Below are positions 19,818 to 30,834 of a stretch of 64,000 bases of DNA, in pieces. How positions within the stretch are numbered: the stretch's first letter is position 1; every line of letters begins with the position of its first letter. Under the pieces are notes generated by a model that was not told where the DNA came from, did no database searches, and saw only the letters and a list, made by a program, of their open reading frames with translations. The DNA comes from Deltaproteobacteria bacterium (GTDB lineage: Bacteria > Desulfobacterota > DSM-4660 > Desulfatiglandales > Desulfatiglandaceae): NCBI GenBank assembly GCA_021163815.1, contig JAGGTJ010000025.1:5821-69820 (forward strand), in the 5' to 3' direction. The translations under genes were made by a program, and so were the position numbers.

Positions 19818-20507
19818 ATGAAAAAACTAGGGTTAACTTTGGTAATGGCAATGATGGTGATGATGTTCGTTGTCGGGGAAGCATGGGCGTTGCTATATAC
19901 CCCATCTTTGGATAATATTGCAGACTGGGAGTTAGTCTATGCAACAGATAATAGTGGCGTTTCGGGGGGCTCATCTACAGTTTTAGGTTCTTCAGAGAAT
20001 GATGTGAAGACTTATTCAAAGGAAGATGATCGTCCTTACGCTGATCTTGTTAAATTCGATGTAACGTTTGAGAAGGGAAGTTCTAGTTATAAGGGAGGCG
20101 TTGCTTTTGGATCCATTACAGCTCAGGATCTTAGTGGCTTTGACAGTTATTCGTTATCTATCTATAATAGCAATGAGAATCCATGGGAGTATGCGTTGTG
20201 GGTAGGTAATTATGACAATGGTACCTATTCAGTATATCATACTACCCCAGTATCTTTGGCTAATGGTAGTGGGCAACAGTTTACACTGGATTTGTTGTCA
20301 GCACGAACTGCAGGAATAGATTTGACTAATGCGTATATAGGCTTTGCTGTTGGAAGTGATTCCCTACCGTTAGGTAGTAGCCACCCTGATTTTCATTCGC
20401 AAACACATGTAGCCCCCGTTCCTGAGCCTGGAACCATGGTATTGTTAGGCGTCGGTCTTCTGGGTCTGGCCTTCGTTGGTCGGAAGAAACTCAAAATTGA
20501 GGAATAA
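19818..20507 (+). CDS. PEP-CTERM sorting-domain secreted protein
   Basis: 229 aa; signal peptide; C-terminal VPEPGTMVLLGVGLLGLAFVGRKKLK (PEP motif, TM helix, basic tail); AGGAGGAGG RBS. Confidence 0.88.
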   Translation: MKKLGLTLVMAMMVMMFVVGEAWALLYTPSLDNIADWELVYATDNSGVSGGSSTVLGSSENDVKTYSKEDDRPYADLVKFDVTFEKGSSSYKGGVAFGSITAQDLSGFDSYSLSIYNSNENPWEYALWVGNYDNGTYSVYHTTPVSLANGSGQQFTLDLLSARTAGIDLTNAYIGFAVGSDSLPLGSSHPDFHSQTHVAPVPEPGTMVLLGVGLLGLAFVGRKKLKIEE

Positions 20508-20537
20508 ACACCTTATTGTTTCATTGCGATGTAAAAT

Positions 20538-20572
20538 AAAGAAAGCCGCTCAAATGAGCGGCTTTCTTTATT
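20538..20572 (+). terminator. rho-independent terminator
   Basis: aaagaaagccgctc-aaat-gagcggctttcttt hairpin followed by att, 30 nt after the stop codon. Confidence 0.8.
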
Positions 20573-21080
20573 CTCCCATGCTCAACCTTCCTTAATCATC
20601 TGCTTCATGGGCAAAAATATTCTTCCACAGGAAAAAAATGCCTATCAACGCTGATCTTCTTTTATAAAGCTGCTCTTAGGTAGTATTTTTCACCAACCTT
20701 ATCAATGAAATTGATTGTTTTGATTTTTTGGAAACCCTTGCACTGTTAATAACACCGTTTTTGTCAATAATATGCCTACATCCCGCAGTCTGTATCCCTG
20801 CCGTCCCTTGTTGGATACAAAAGAGATATCAAGCTGCGGGATCATTGGTGGGGTGTCTGTATCTTCAGCATAACCCATTGATTTCATTGGTCTTATATAA
20901 TCCTGTTTTTGAAATGAGATAATATTAATCTCTTGGCAGGGTTGTATTATATGGGCAGTAAACAAAAGTGGCATACAGTTTGCTTAGGAAGTAACTACAA
21001 AACATGAAAAACAATTATCCCCTAACCGTTTTTAAGTAGATATGTGGTAGATTTATTTCGATAGTGATGGAGGTAAAACT

Positions 21081-21947
21081 ATGGCGCTGCTCGCTATTAA
21101 TCATAATATGATGGCCCTGTCAGCTTTTAATAACCTTAGCAGAACTTATTCCACTCTGCACAAATCCATAGATCGGTTGTCCTCCGGCCTTAGGATCAAC
21201 AATGCCTCGGATGATGCTGCTGGTTTGGCAATCAGGGAATTAATGCGTTCTGATATAGCAAGTCTGAATCAGGGTGTCAGGAACGCAAATGATGGTATAT
21301 CCATGCTTCAGACCATGGATGGGGCGGCCCAGGTTATCGATGAAAAACTTATTCGTATGAAAGAACTTGCTGAACAGGCTGCAACAGGAACATACAGCAG
21401 TGCCCAGAGAGGTATGATAGACTATGAATTTAACGCAATGAGGAATGAGATTCAAAGGATAGCCAATGCCACGGATTTTAACGGAATTCATTTGTTGGCT
21501 GGCAGTGCAGGACTCGGTTCAGACGGTTTTACTTCCAATACAGTCAAGATTCATTTTGGTACAGGAAATTCTTCTGCACAGGATTTTTACTTTATTACTG
21601 CACAAAACCTTACTACGGGCAGTGCAGGTCTTGGTCTTGACGGACTTTCCCTTACGACTCCGCAAAGTGCTGCAGATGCTTTGCAGAGTATTGATACAGC
21701 AATACTTAAGAAGGACGATGCCCGTGCGCATTTTGGCAGTTTGATGAACAGGCTTCAGGCAACTGCCACCAATCTCGTTACCCAGGCGGAGAATCTTCAG
21801 TCAGCAGAGTCGCAAATTTCGGATGTCGATGTTGCCCATGAAATGACTGTTTTTATCAACAATCAGATTAAGTCTCAGTCAGCGGTTGCCATGCTGGCAC
21901 AGGCAAATTCAATGCCTCAGATGGCACTTAAACTGCTAAACGCTTGA
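21081..21947 (+). CDS. fliC: flagellin
   Basis: 288 aa; INHNMMALSAFNNLSRT...RLSSGLRINNASDDAAGLAIRE N-domain and a C-terminal ...SQSAVAMLAQANSMPQMALKLL. Confidence 0.92.
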   Translation: MALLAINHNMMALSAFNNLSRTYSTLHKSIDRLSSGLRINNASDDAAGLAIRELMRSDIASLNQGVRNANDGISMLQTMDGAAQVIDEKLIRMKELAEQAATGTYSSAQRGMIDYEFNAMRNEIQRIANATDFNGIHLLAGSAGLGSDGFTSNTVKIHFGTGNSSAQDFYFITAQNLTTGSAGLGLDGLSLTTPQSAADALQSIDTAILKKDDARAHFGSLMNRLQATATNLVTQAENLQSAESQISDVDVAHEMTVFINNQIKSQSAVAMLAQANSMPQMALKLLNA

Positions 21948-22063
21948 TTTTGCGCCGGATATTTGCAAACCGTTTGTTTTTGTCTAAGGCCTGAAGGTGT
22001 AATGTTTTAATAACCTGCTGATATTAAAAATATAACTTTTTTGAAAACATTTTATGCAGGGGT

Positions 22064-22154
22064 TACCGTAACACAAAACTGTCCTGAAAAACCGGGCTGT
22101 ATTTTTATGTTCGTGGATGGCCAGGATATTTTGGATCCGGCCATGCCGGTTTAG
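22064..22154 (+). repeat. family A repeat, copy 3
   Basis: taccgtaacacaaaactgtcctgaaaaaccgggctgtatttttatgttcgtggatggccaggatattttggatccggccatgccggtttag. Confidence 0.9.
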
Positions 22155-22178
22155 GTTTTATTATTAAGGAGAAGAAAT

Positions 22179-22601
22179 ATGAATGTAGAACATTATCTTG
22201 AAAAAGATACAGGTATGGATTTCCATGATGAAATTAATCCTCCCGATCCCATGCAGACGATTTTGATGGTTTATGACGGTGCCATAAATTTTTTGAACAG
22301 GGCGGTAGAGTATGCTGATGATGGAGACATAAAGAATAAAAATATATACATAAATAAGGCTGCTGACATAATAGTTGAATTAAATAACTGTCTCGATATG
22401 GAAGCAGGAGGTGAGATTTCGGAAAATTTAAGGTCTATCTATATATTTATAGGACGGCTACTTGTAGAGTCTTTTACAACGGATAAGACCTGGGCATTAA
22501 AGGAGAGCATAAAGATACTTTCTGACCTGAAAGAAGGGTGGACATATGTTGCCAACAGTGTAAATAAGGTAACACGGCCATCAACAACATTTGGAAACTG
22601 A
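22179..22601 (+). CDS. fliS: flagellar export chaperone FliS
   Basis: 140 aa; MQTILMVYDGAINFLNRAVE and LRSIYIFIGRLLVES are typical FliS helices; located 3' of the flagellin gene. Confidence 0.75.
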   Translation: MNVEHYLEKDTGMDFHDEINPPDPMQTILMVYDGAINFLNRAVEYADDGDIKNKNIYINKAADIIVELNNCLDMEAGGEISENLRSIYIFIGRLLVESFTTDKTWALKESIKILSDLKEGWTYVANSVNKVTRPSTTFGN

Positions 22602-22641
22602 AAATATAGTATAAAATTGGGATATTGGCAAAATCATGTTA

Positions 22642-22789
22642 CTTAGATCCTGCAAGTGTCAGTTTTGCCGAAGGTGCAGGGCGCAGATTCGGTAAATCGA
22701 TGCGTGTTATGCAAGCACAGGATTTCTGTAATTAGCTGATATTAGAAGCATAATTTTCTTTTTAAAAATAGTTTATGCAGGTTTTAGGT
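22642..22789 (+). repeat. repeat family D, copy 3
   Basis: cttagatcctgcaagtgtcagttttgccgaagg...tttttaaaaatagtttatgcaggttttaggtg shares both termini with 47996-48164. Confidence 0.7.
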
Positions 22790-22797
22790 GGTGGTAG

Positions 22798-23910
22798 TTA
22801 AACAGACGGGTATCTCCGACCTTTCCAGTGTGCGCCTGCTCCTTTCCAGAAAGATATGGCAGAACTCCAGGTCATGGCAAGATACAGGACAGCGCATACC
22901 GGCAGGGTAATTGCCCTTAATCGTGACAATCTGTAAAAGCTAAGGGTTGGAATATATGTCGTAACCATAATGGCAATTGCTATGCCTGAAAGATATGCTG
23001 ATATTGATGGCCCTGTGAACAGGCCCAGTATGGGGATACAAAACATTATGATCATTGCAGCAGAAACCAGCAGCAGGCATACCACCGAATACCTAAGCTG
23101 GGTAAAGGCGGTTCTTGCCACCATGTCCCATATGGAAGCAAAATTATATGCCCTGAGACTGATAACACTGCGAGTAAGCCCTGTCCAGGTTTTATAACCG
23201 TGTGTCTTCACCCTTTTTGCAAGGGAACAGTCGTCTATCAGTTCATTTTTAAGACTTTCAAAGCCGCCTGTATTTTTTATGACTTCTGTCTTAATCAGTA
23301 TACATCCGCCCGCGGCGGCAGCTACCCTGGAAAGGGGATTGTTTGAAAGGTGAAAAGGGTAGAGGAGTTTGAAAAAATATATAAAAGGAGGCATCAATAA
23401 TTTTTCCCAAAATGTTACCATCCTCAGTGAGGCCATGAGGGATACCATATCAACACCGGATTCCATTTTGTCTAACAGGGCATTTATTATGATAGGCATA
23501 AGAAAGATATCGGCATCCAAGAGCAGGGTAAGTGGAGTGTGAACATGCCTTATTCCCTGTTCAAGTGCCCACAGTTTGCCGCTCCATCCTGAGGGGGTGG
23601 GAGTTCCGTTCAATATCTTAAGATTGGGCATATTTATATTTTTGGCCCTTTTAACCGTACTGTCTGTGGAACAGTCATCAACGAGAACAACCTTAAAGCC
23701 TGTGCCCTGTGCCTTTAATCCTGCCAGGGTGGTCTCAATTACACCCTCCTCATTTCTTGCCGGAATGAGAACTGTCAAAAGACTCAGATCCCTGTCTGCA
23801 GAGGTTGAATCAGAATCCAGAACTTCCCGTGTACGCCAGGGTTGCCAGGGTAATAACAGCAAGACAACCCAGGCAACGAATCCTGCTATAGAAAGATATG
23901 TCCATATCAT
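22798..23910 (-). CDS. family 2 glycosyltransferase, membrane-bound (HpnB-like)
   Basis: 370 aa; TVLIPARNEE...VVLVDDCSTDST, GWSGKLWALEQG, C-terminal TM helices. Confidence 0.65.
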   Translation of the reverse strand: MIWTYLSIAGFVAWVVLLLLPWQPWRTREVLDSDSTSADRDLSLLTVLIPARNEEGVIETTLAGLKAQGTGFKVVLVDDCSTDSTVKRAKNINMPNLKILNGTPTPSGWSGKLWALEQGIRHVHTPLTLLLDADIFLMPIIINALLDKMESGVDMVSLMASLRMVTFWEKLLMPPFIYFFKLLYPFHLSNNPLSRVAAAAGGCILIKTEVIKNTGGFESLKNELIDDCSLAKRVKTHGYKTWTGLTRSVISLRAYNFASIWDMVARTAFTQLRYSVVCLLLVSAAMIIMFCIPILGLFTGPSISAYLSGIAIAIMVTTYIPTLSFYRLSRLRAITLPVCAVLYLAMTWSSAISFWKGAGAHWKGRRYPSV

Positions 23911-24022
23911 AGCAATATGTTGATGAGATCTTTGTATAACTGGTTTTAGACTATTGGTTCCTCGACGTTTCGTGTGGATTTGATTATAAAAGGATTAAAT
24001 CCACATAAGACATCGAAGAGTT

Positions 24023-24211
24023 TTACTTTATTGGTCTTATTCCAAGGTCTTTGCATATCTTTTTTGCGAGATTATTGCTGATTTCTGTGTGCCTTGGAAT
24101 TGATGACCGTCTGTTTTGACTTGAATTCAACCACCATGAATGACGACTTCCTTCTCTGAGAAATTCACAACCCTGGGACCGTAGATATTTCAGCAACTTA
24201 TTGCGTTTCAT
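24023..24211 (-). CDS. hicA: type II toxin HicA (mRNA interferase)
   Basis: 62 aa; LLKYLRSQGCEFLREGSRHSWW...IPRHTEISNNLAKKICKDLGI. Confidence 0.85.
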   Translation of the reverse strand: MKRNKLLKYLRSQGCEFLREGSRHSWWLNSSQNRRSSIPRHTEISNNLAKKICKDLGIRPIK

Positions 24212-24420
24212 ATTGCAATTTTTTCTTCTATATACCCAGAGCCAACAACAGCAATCGCCTCCTGACGATTAAATTCCAAAGCTTCTTTAAGAGTAACGCG
24301 AAGGCTTTTTATTAACTCCTCTCGAGTATGTTCCTGGCAGTTTACACCAGGAATTTCCTCTATCCAGCCTATCCACCAATTGCCTTCTTGTTTTATTATG
24401 GCAGTATATTCTTTTTTCAT
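24208..24420 (-). CDS. hicB: type II antitoxin HicB (UPF0150 fold)
   Basis: MKKEYTAIIKQEGNWWIGWIEEIPGVNCQEHTREELIKSL. Start moved to ATG 24420 (GAGG RBS) because the upstream extension runs into a family A repeat. ATGA overlap with hicA. Confidence 0.8.
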   Translation of the reverse strand: MKKEYTAIIKQEGNWWIGWIEEIPGVNCQEHTREELIKSLRVTLKEALEFNRQEAIAVVGSGYIEEKIAI

Positions 24421-24443
24421 ACATATACCTCTTTTCCAAAACT

Positions 24444-24510
24444 TACTGTAAATATACACAAAACCGTTCTGAAAATCCGGGTTGTGTTTTTATATCTATA
24501 GGGGGATAGG
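24444..24510 (+). repeat. family A repeat, copy 4 (5' half only)
   Basis: tactgtaaatatacacaaaaccgttctgaaaatccgggttgtgtttttatatctataggggg. Confidence 0.7.
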
Positions 24511-24646
24511 AGGGGGTGTCCGATAATTCAAAAAAACAATCTTTTTATCCGTATCTTGTGTCTGCCACTTGCATAATTTCTTATATTGCATCACAAGTTT
24601 TAAGATGCCTTTTCTCAGATAGACTTATTAGGATGTGGCAAAGCGG

Positions 24647-24675
24647 CATAAACCAGCTTTTTACGACGTCATTAT
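24647..24675 (-). repeat. family F short repeat, copy 3
   Basis: cataaaccagctttttacgacgtcattat. Confidence 0.55.
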
Positions 24676-24689
24676 CTTCTATCTCACTT

Positions 24690-24786
24690 TACCATGAAAA
24701 CACACAAAACTATGTTAAAAAAACAGTCTGTATTTTCATATCCGTGGAGTGGCCAGGATATTTTGGATCCGGCCATGCCGGTTTAG
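24690..24786 (+). repeat. family A repeat, copy 5
   Basis: taccatgaaaacacacaaaactatgttaaaaaaacagtctgtattttcatatccgtggagtggccaggatattttggatccggccatgccggtttag. Confidence 0.9.
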
Positions 24787-25406
24787 GCCCGAACAAAGGG
24801 ATTTATCTGTTTTTCGGTTCCAATGGTGGTTATGGGGCCATGTCCGGGGTATACCTTTACATCATCTCCAAGAGGAAACAGCTTTTCCTTTATACTTGAT
24901 ATAAGGGTCTTAAAATCTCCGCCCGGAAGATCTGTACGGCCTATTGAGCCATAAAAGAGTGTGTCTCCGGCAAATACCACACGGTCAGTGAAGAGTGAAA
25001 TACCACCCGGACTATGGCCAGGAGTATGTATGACTTCCAACGTGATTTCCCCGACACGCACCCTGTCTCCATGATCAATTTCCATATCAGGGGGAGGGGA
25101 ATTCTCTCCGTAAAGACCGAAAGACATGGCATTTTCAGCCACCCTGCCCAGCATCGGGGCATCAAGACCATGGATCAGTATCTTAGCACCGGTTGCATCT
25201 TTCAACCCTTTATTGCCGCCCACATGATCAAAGTGACCATGGGTATTTATTATATATCTTGCCTCGAGTCCCGATCTGTTCAACTCCTTCAGTATATTTT
25301 CCACGTCTCCGCCGGGATCAATTACAGCGGCCATTTTTGTGTTTTCACATCCAACAATAAAACAGTTGGTCATAAGGGGACCAACAGCAAGTGTTTTAAT
25401 AATCAT
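24783..25406 (-). CDS. MBL-fold metallo-hydrolase (glyoxalase II-like)
   Basis: 207 aa; INTHGHFDHVGG, HTPGHSPGG. Confidence 0.8.
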   Translation of the reverse strand: MIIKTLAVGPLMTNCFIVGCENTKMAAVIDPGGDVENILKELNRSGLEARYIINTHGHFDHVGGNKGLKDATGAKILIHGLDAPMLGRVAENAMSFGLYGENSPPPDMEIDHGDRVRVGEITLEVIHTPGHSPGGISLFTDRVVFAGDTLFYGSIGRTDLPGGDFKTLISSIKEKLFPLGDDVKVYPGHGPITTIGTEKQINPFVRA

Positions 25407-25657
25407 AATAAAATCCTTTAATATAAACGAACTATAGAAATCTTGTGTTTATATAACATACATCATAAATTTGATGCGGCCATCAAAATTAATGACTGTT
25501 TTATCTTAGTGGTGATTACCATGTCAGTGTCTATCCACGAATTAGGTGGTAGCACTGATGAATTTCCAATTCAGAAACATTGATGAACCTTTAAAAAGTA
25601 CCTTACAAGAACATGGCCTGTATTGCATGTTCTGTCAGTCTGTTCCGGACAAACCTG

Positions 25658-26896
25658 TTATTCTGATGTAAAGATGTACGCAAAGACCTTTGCATCAGAG
25701 ATGATATTGGATATCAGGCAAAATTCATTGGGCTGGTGGGCAGTATCGGATACAGTGGACCAGACCGCTGCAGGCAGACCTGCCTGTCTGAAACAGGCGG
25801 CTACTGTACCACCTCCAATACCCATGGGGCTTGCATCTTTGCCTGTGACGGCCTTTATTGCCATGGCAAGCATCCTTACTACAGGTGCATCGGCAGGGGT
25901 AGGGTTTGGTGCTTCAAGGCGCTGGACTGGGTTAACATCTATCCTGACTTCAGATCTGTTTTCTATTTCCTGTGATATCTCTTTTATGAACCGGAGTACT
26001 TCATCCGTAGTGTATGAAGGAAGGATTCGGCAATCCATGTAAAACACATCTCTGCCCGGAATGGTGTTTACATTATGGACATTGGATTCCACCTTTGTAG
26101 GTTCGAAGGTGGATACAGGAGGACTAAAGATATCGTCATGACAGGCAAATTTTTTCTTTAAGTTTTCAGAGAGAGTAACGATCAGCCTTGCCATTGCCAA
26201 AAGACTGTTTTTTCCCTTTTCAGGTGTGCTTGCATGACACTGTTGTCCCGTAACCGTGAATTTGAGCCATAGCATTGATTTTTCAGCTATTTCTATCATG
26301 GTGCCATCTTCGTTTCCTGCGTCGGGAACAATGATCAGATCATCTTTACTGAACAGCTCTCTATGGTGATTCAGCAGAAAATCCAGGCCATATTTGCTGC
26401 CTGTTTCTTCATCCGCGACAAATACCAGCCCTGTTGATCTTGATGGCCTGTTTTTGTTTTCCAGGATGTATCTTATTGCAAGATAAAAACTGACAAGGCC
26501 ATGTTGGTTGTCCTCAACACCTCTGCCTGTAATACGATCTCCTTCCACAATGATTGTGTAAGGATCACTTTTCCACAGAGACAGGTCTCCTGGAGGAACA
26601 ACATCTGCATGACACAGTACCCATACCGTGGATGTATCGTCAGTCCCATTCCATTTGACCACAAGGTTTGGTCTCGTGCCTCCTTTTGCCCTGTTGTCAG
26701 GTGCATCGTACACTTTAATAAAGTCAGGATGCAGATTATTCATCAGGTCACGTACAAATTCCACCTTGTCATGTTCGCCAGTGCCGCCATTTTCAGGACC
26801 GAGTGCAACCCTTGATGTCAGTTTTGACTGAAGGTCTATTATTTCATCCCGTGAGTTATCTATCTGGTCGAATATCTTCTCCATTCTGTTTGCCAT
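25658..26896 (-). CDS. M20-family metallohydrolase (ArgE/DapE-like)
   Basis: 412 aa; LCHADVVPPG, GRGVEDNQHG, FVADEETGS. Confidence 0.7.
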   Translation of the reverse strand: MANRMEKIFDQIDNSRDEIIDLQSKLTSRVALGPENGGTGEHDKVEFVRDLMNNLHPDFIKVYDAPDNRAKGGTRPNLVVKWNGTDDTSTVWVLCHADVVPPGDLSLWKSDPYTIIVEGDRITGRGVEDNQHGLVSFYLAIRYILENKNRPSRSTGLVFVADEETGSKYGLDFLLNHHRELFSKDDLIIVPDAGNEDGTMIEIAEKSMLWLKFTVTGQQCHASTPEKGKNSLLAMARLIVTLSENLKKKFACHDDIFSPPVSTFEPTKVESNVHNVNTIPGRDVFYMDCRILPSYTTDEVLRFIKEISQEIENRSEVRIDVNPVQRLEAPNPTPADAPVVRMLAMAIKAVTGKDASPMGIGGGTVAACFRQAGLPAAVWSTVSDTAHQPNEFCLISNIISDAKVFAYIFTSE

Positions 26897-26922
26897 TTTT
26901 TTTATATATGTCCTGAAAAACG

Positions 26923-27050
26923 TAATAGCTCAACAAACTGGGGCAGGAGGCTTTTTCCTCTGCTCCGGGCCTCCCGGCAGTCGCGTCAGCAAAAGCCTCC
27001 TACCCTAGCGCTACATTCGCTGTTATTCCTCTAATTGTTGAGCTGGTACT
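26923..27050. repeat. repeat family C, copy 1 (palindromic, MITE-like)
   Basis: Terminal inverted repeats gctcaacaa / ttgttgagc and an inner inverted pair ggcaggaggcttttt / aaaagcctcctacc. Confidence 0.8.
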
Positions 27051-27079
27051 GAAAAAGGTTTAATATTAGGGGCTAAGAT

Positions 27080-27110
27080 CTGATAAACCAGCTTTTTATA
27101 ACGCCATCAG
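27080..27110 (-). repeat. family F short repeat, copy 4
   Basis: ctgataaaccagctttttataacgccatcag. Confidence 0.55.
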
Positions 27111-27130
27111 AATGTAGGGATTAAGAAAAT

Positions 27131-28957
27131 CTACTCTACGGTTACACTCTTTGCCAGATTTCTTGGTTTGTCAATATCCCTTTTCAAAAAATCAGCACAG
27201 TAATATGCAAGCAGTTGACAGGGGATAACTGTCAGGACAGGATATAAAAAATCCAGGGATGGAGGCACCTCGATCACATCATCAGCTATTTTTTTCAATC
27301 TCTCATCTCCCTCTGTAATTATGGCTATTACAGGGCCCTTTCTGCTCTTGATTTCCTGGATGTTGTTCACCATTTTGTCATACATATCATCCTTTGGGGC
27401 AATAGCCACTGTAGGCATGTCCGGATTAATAAGGGCAATAGGCCCATGCTTCATCTCTCCTGCCGCATAACCCTCTGCATGTATATAAGATACTTCCTTT
27501 AATTTTAATGCCCCTTCCATGGCTATTGGATAATTGAATTTCCTGCCTATAAACAACCAGTTGGGATATTTATGGTATTTTTCTGCAACTGCCTGTATAT
27601 GGTTTGCCTGTGCCAGGATCCTTTGAACCCTATCCGGCAATGCCATGATCTCCCTTATCGCCTCAGTTCCCTCTGTCAGAGGTAGGGTTTGATGACGTCC
27701 TATTAACAGGGCTATCAAGGTAAGAATTGTAAGCTGTGATGTAAAAATCTTGGTTGAGGCCACTCCGATCTCCGGGCCTGCATGATTGTATACCCCCGCG
27801 TCAGTCTCTCTTGCAATTGAGCTGCCCACTACGTTGACAATTCCCAAAAGACTGGCGCCCTTCCTTCTTGCCTCTTTTATGGCCGCCAATGTATCTGCCG
27901 TTTCTCCTGACTGACTTAACGCTATGATAAAGGTATTTGGGGGAAAGTTGAATTTACGATATCTGAATTCGGATGCAAGCTCTATTTCCACATCCACTTC
28001 TGTCAGTTTTTCAAAGCAGTATCTTCCAACATAGCCTGCATAGTATGATGTGCCACATGCAACAATTACTATGTGTCGGCAACTCTTTAACTTCTCCCAT
28101 ACGGGCATTATTCCGCCAAGTTTGGGTACCCCCTCGCCCGGTTCTAAGCGGCCTCTTATGGCATTTTCTATTGTACTGGGCTGTTCAAATATCTCTTTAA
28201 GCATAAAGTGGGGAAAGCCGTTCAGGTCTGTGTCCCCTGCAGACCATTCCACTGTTTCGGTATCCCTTTCCACCCGTTTTGCCTGGGCCGTGGAGATGGC
28301 AAAACCGTCTCTTGTTAATGTGGCAAGCTCATTGTCTTTCAGGTGGACAACCTTTTTTGTATAACGTACCATTGCAGATACATCAGAAGCTGCAAAATAA
28401 CCGTTGTCGCTAACACCTATGACAAGCGGGCTCCCTCTTCTTGCAATAACAATTTCTCCCGGGGCATCCTGATGTATGACGGCTATTCCAAATGTCCCTT
28501 CAACTTCAGACATGACGGTTCTGACTGCCTTGTTGAGATCTCCATCAAAATATCTTGCAATCATGTGGGCAAGGACCTCGGTGTCTGTATCAGAAACAAA
28601 AACCACGCCGTCTTTTTCAAGCTTTTTCTTCAGGTTGTAGTAATTTTCTATTATTCCGTTGTGTATGACAAACAGCTTTTTTTCCTGGTCCATATGTGGA
28701 TGGGCATTGATTTCAGTCGGTTCTCCGTGGGTTGCCCATCTTGTGTGCCCGATGCCTGTGTGACCTTCCATCTTTCTGCCATTTAATTTGGCCTCAAGTT
28801 CTGTAATCTTGCCGACTGCCTTGCAGTATTCGATCCTGTCTCCATTATGTACGGCTATTCCTGCAGAATCATATCCCCTGTATTCAAGCTGTTTGAGACC
28901 TTCTATAAGTATTTGTTTTGCAGACTTTTCCCCTATATAACAGACTATTCCGCACAT
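27131..28957 (-). CDS. glmS: glutamine--fructose-6-phosphate aminotransferase
   Basis: 608 aa; MCGIVCYIG N-terminal nucleophile, two SIS domains, C-terminal AKSVTVE. Confidence 0.95.
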   Translation of the reverse strand: MCGIVCYIGEKSAKQILIEGLKQLEYRGYDSAGIAVHNGDRIEYCKAVGKITELEAKLNGRKMEGHTGIGHTRWATHGEPTEINAHPHMDQEKKLFVIHNGIIENYYNLKKKLEKDGVVFVSDTDTEVLAHMIARYFDGDLNKAVRTVMSEVEGTFGIAVIHQDAPGEIVIARRGSPLVIGVSDNGYFAASDVSAMVRYTKKVVHLKDNELATLTRDGFAISTAQAKRVERDTETVEWSAGDTDLNGFPHFMLKEIFEQPSTIENAIRGRLEPGEGVPKLGGIMPVWEKLKSCRHIVIVACGTSYYAGYVGRYCFEKLTEVDVEIELASEFRYRKFNFPPNTFIIALSQSGETADTLAAIKEARRKGASLLGIVNVVGSSIARETDAGVYNHAGPEIGVASTKIFTSQLTILTLIALLIGRHQTLPLTEGTEAIREIMALPDRVQRILAQANHIQAVAEKYHKYPNWLFIGRKFNYPIAMEGALKLKEVSYIHAEGYAAGEMKHGPIALINPDMPTVAIAPKDDMYDKMVNNIQEIKSRKGPVIAIITEGDERLKKIADDVIEVPPSLDFLYPVLTVIPCQLLAYYCADFLKRDIDKPRNLAKSVTVE

Positions 28958-29067
28958 AGTATGTTTTCCTCTCCAACCCTGTATCTTGACAGGGCTTTTT
29001 TATTATGGTCTTTATTGGTGTGCTGTTCAGATGGAACAGAGAGGCGCTTAGAGATATCAGCGGCCTT

Positions 29068-30387
<1,320 letters not shown>

Positions 30388-30396
30388 TCAGGATGT

Positions 30397-30508
30397 TGAT
30401 GGTGTTATAAAAAGTCTCCATATACTATGTTTGATCACACGTGTGACATCATGTATATCTTCAGGCATGGTTAAACGCTATGCCTTGTATATGAAGGTTT
30501 TTACGTAA
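30397..30508 (+). repeat. repeat family B, copy 3 (3'-truncated), abutting a family C element
   Basis: ttgatggtgttataaaaagtctccatatactatgtttgatcac...aaacgctatgccttgtatatgaaggtttttacg. Confidence 0.75.
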
Positions 30509-30834
30509 CAGCTCAACAAACAGGGGCAGGAGGCTTTTTCCTCCGCTTTTGGCCTCCGGGCTGGTCTCTTCAGTAACTTATCTGCGGGGGACACCTGCCC
30601 CTTTAGCATTCCCAGCACTCAACTACTAATCAGAAAATGGTTTGCCGAGAGGCTTGGGTTACCTGATGAAGGACTATGCTTTCTATAGAGTTTTTTGGAG
30701 AGTTGAGTGCTGGGCTACGGTTTTTTCCACTGATAAGTCACGAAAAAACGGCACCCTCCCGACAGTCGCGTCAGAAAAAGCCTCCTACCCCAGCGCCACG
30801 TTCGCTGTTATTTCCCTAATTATTGAGCTGATAC
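30509..30834. repeat. repeat family C, copy 2, carrying a nested insert with its own 14-bp inverted repeats
   Basis: The outer ends match copy 1 (cagctcaacaaacaggggcaggaggctttttcc ... gaaaaagcctcctacccc...ctaattattgagctg). The inner perfect inverted repeat is cccagcactcaact (30611-30624) / agttgagtgctggg (30701-30714). Confidence 0.75.

Noticed and set aside
20702-20974. 90-aa minus-strand ORF between the PEP-CTERM gene and fliC
   Set aside because: No RBS and no recognisable family. It could be a small flagellar-associated gene, but I cannot support it from sequence alone.
21037-21064. Possible sigma-28 promoter (TAGA-N16-TTCGATAG) upstream of flagellin
   Set aside because: Only a partial match to TAAA-N15-GCCGATAA. 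The -10 would sit 17 nt from the ATG, so the transcript would start inside or after the GGAGG RBS.
24516-24899. 127-aa plus-strand ORF between hicB and the MBL hydrolase
   Set aside because: It is composed almost entirely of family F and family A repeat sequence and overlaps the 3' end of the MBL gene. There is no RBS or protein-like motif.
28977-29001. Hairpin CCCTGT-atcttg-ACAGGG followed by CTTTTTT between serS and glmS
   Set aside because: The T-run follows the stem only on the plus strand, while both flanking genes are on the minus strand. It cannot act as the serS terminator in that orientation. On the minus strand the stem is followed by TTGGAGAGG.
28958-29067. glmS ribozyme upstream of glmS
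   Set aside because: The leader is only about 110 nt and I see no resemblance to the conserved glmS ribozyme core. That element is also mainly found in Firmicutes.
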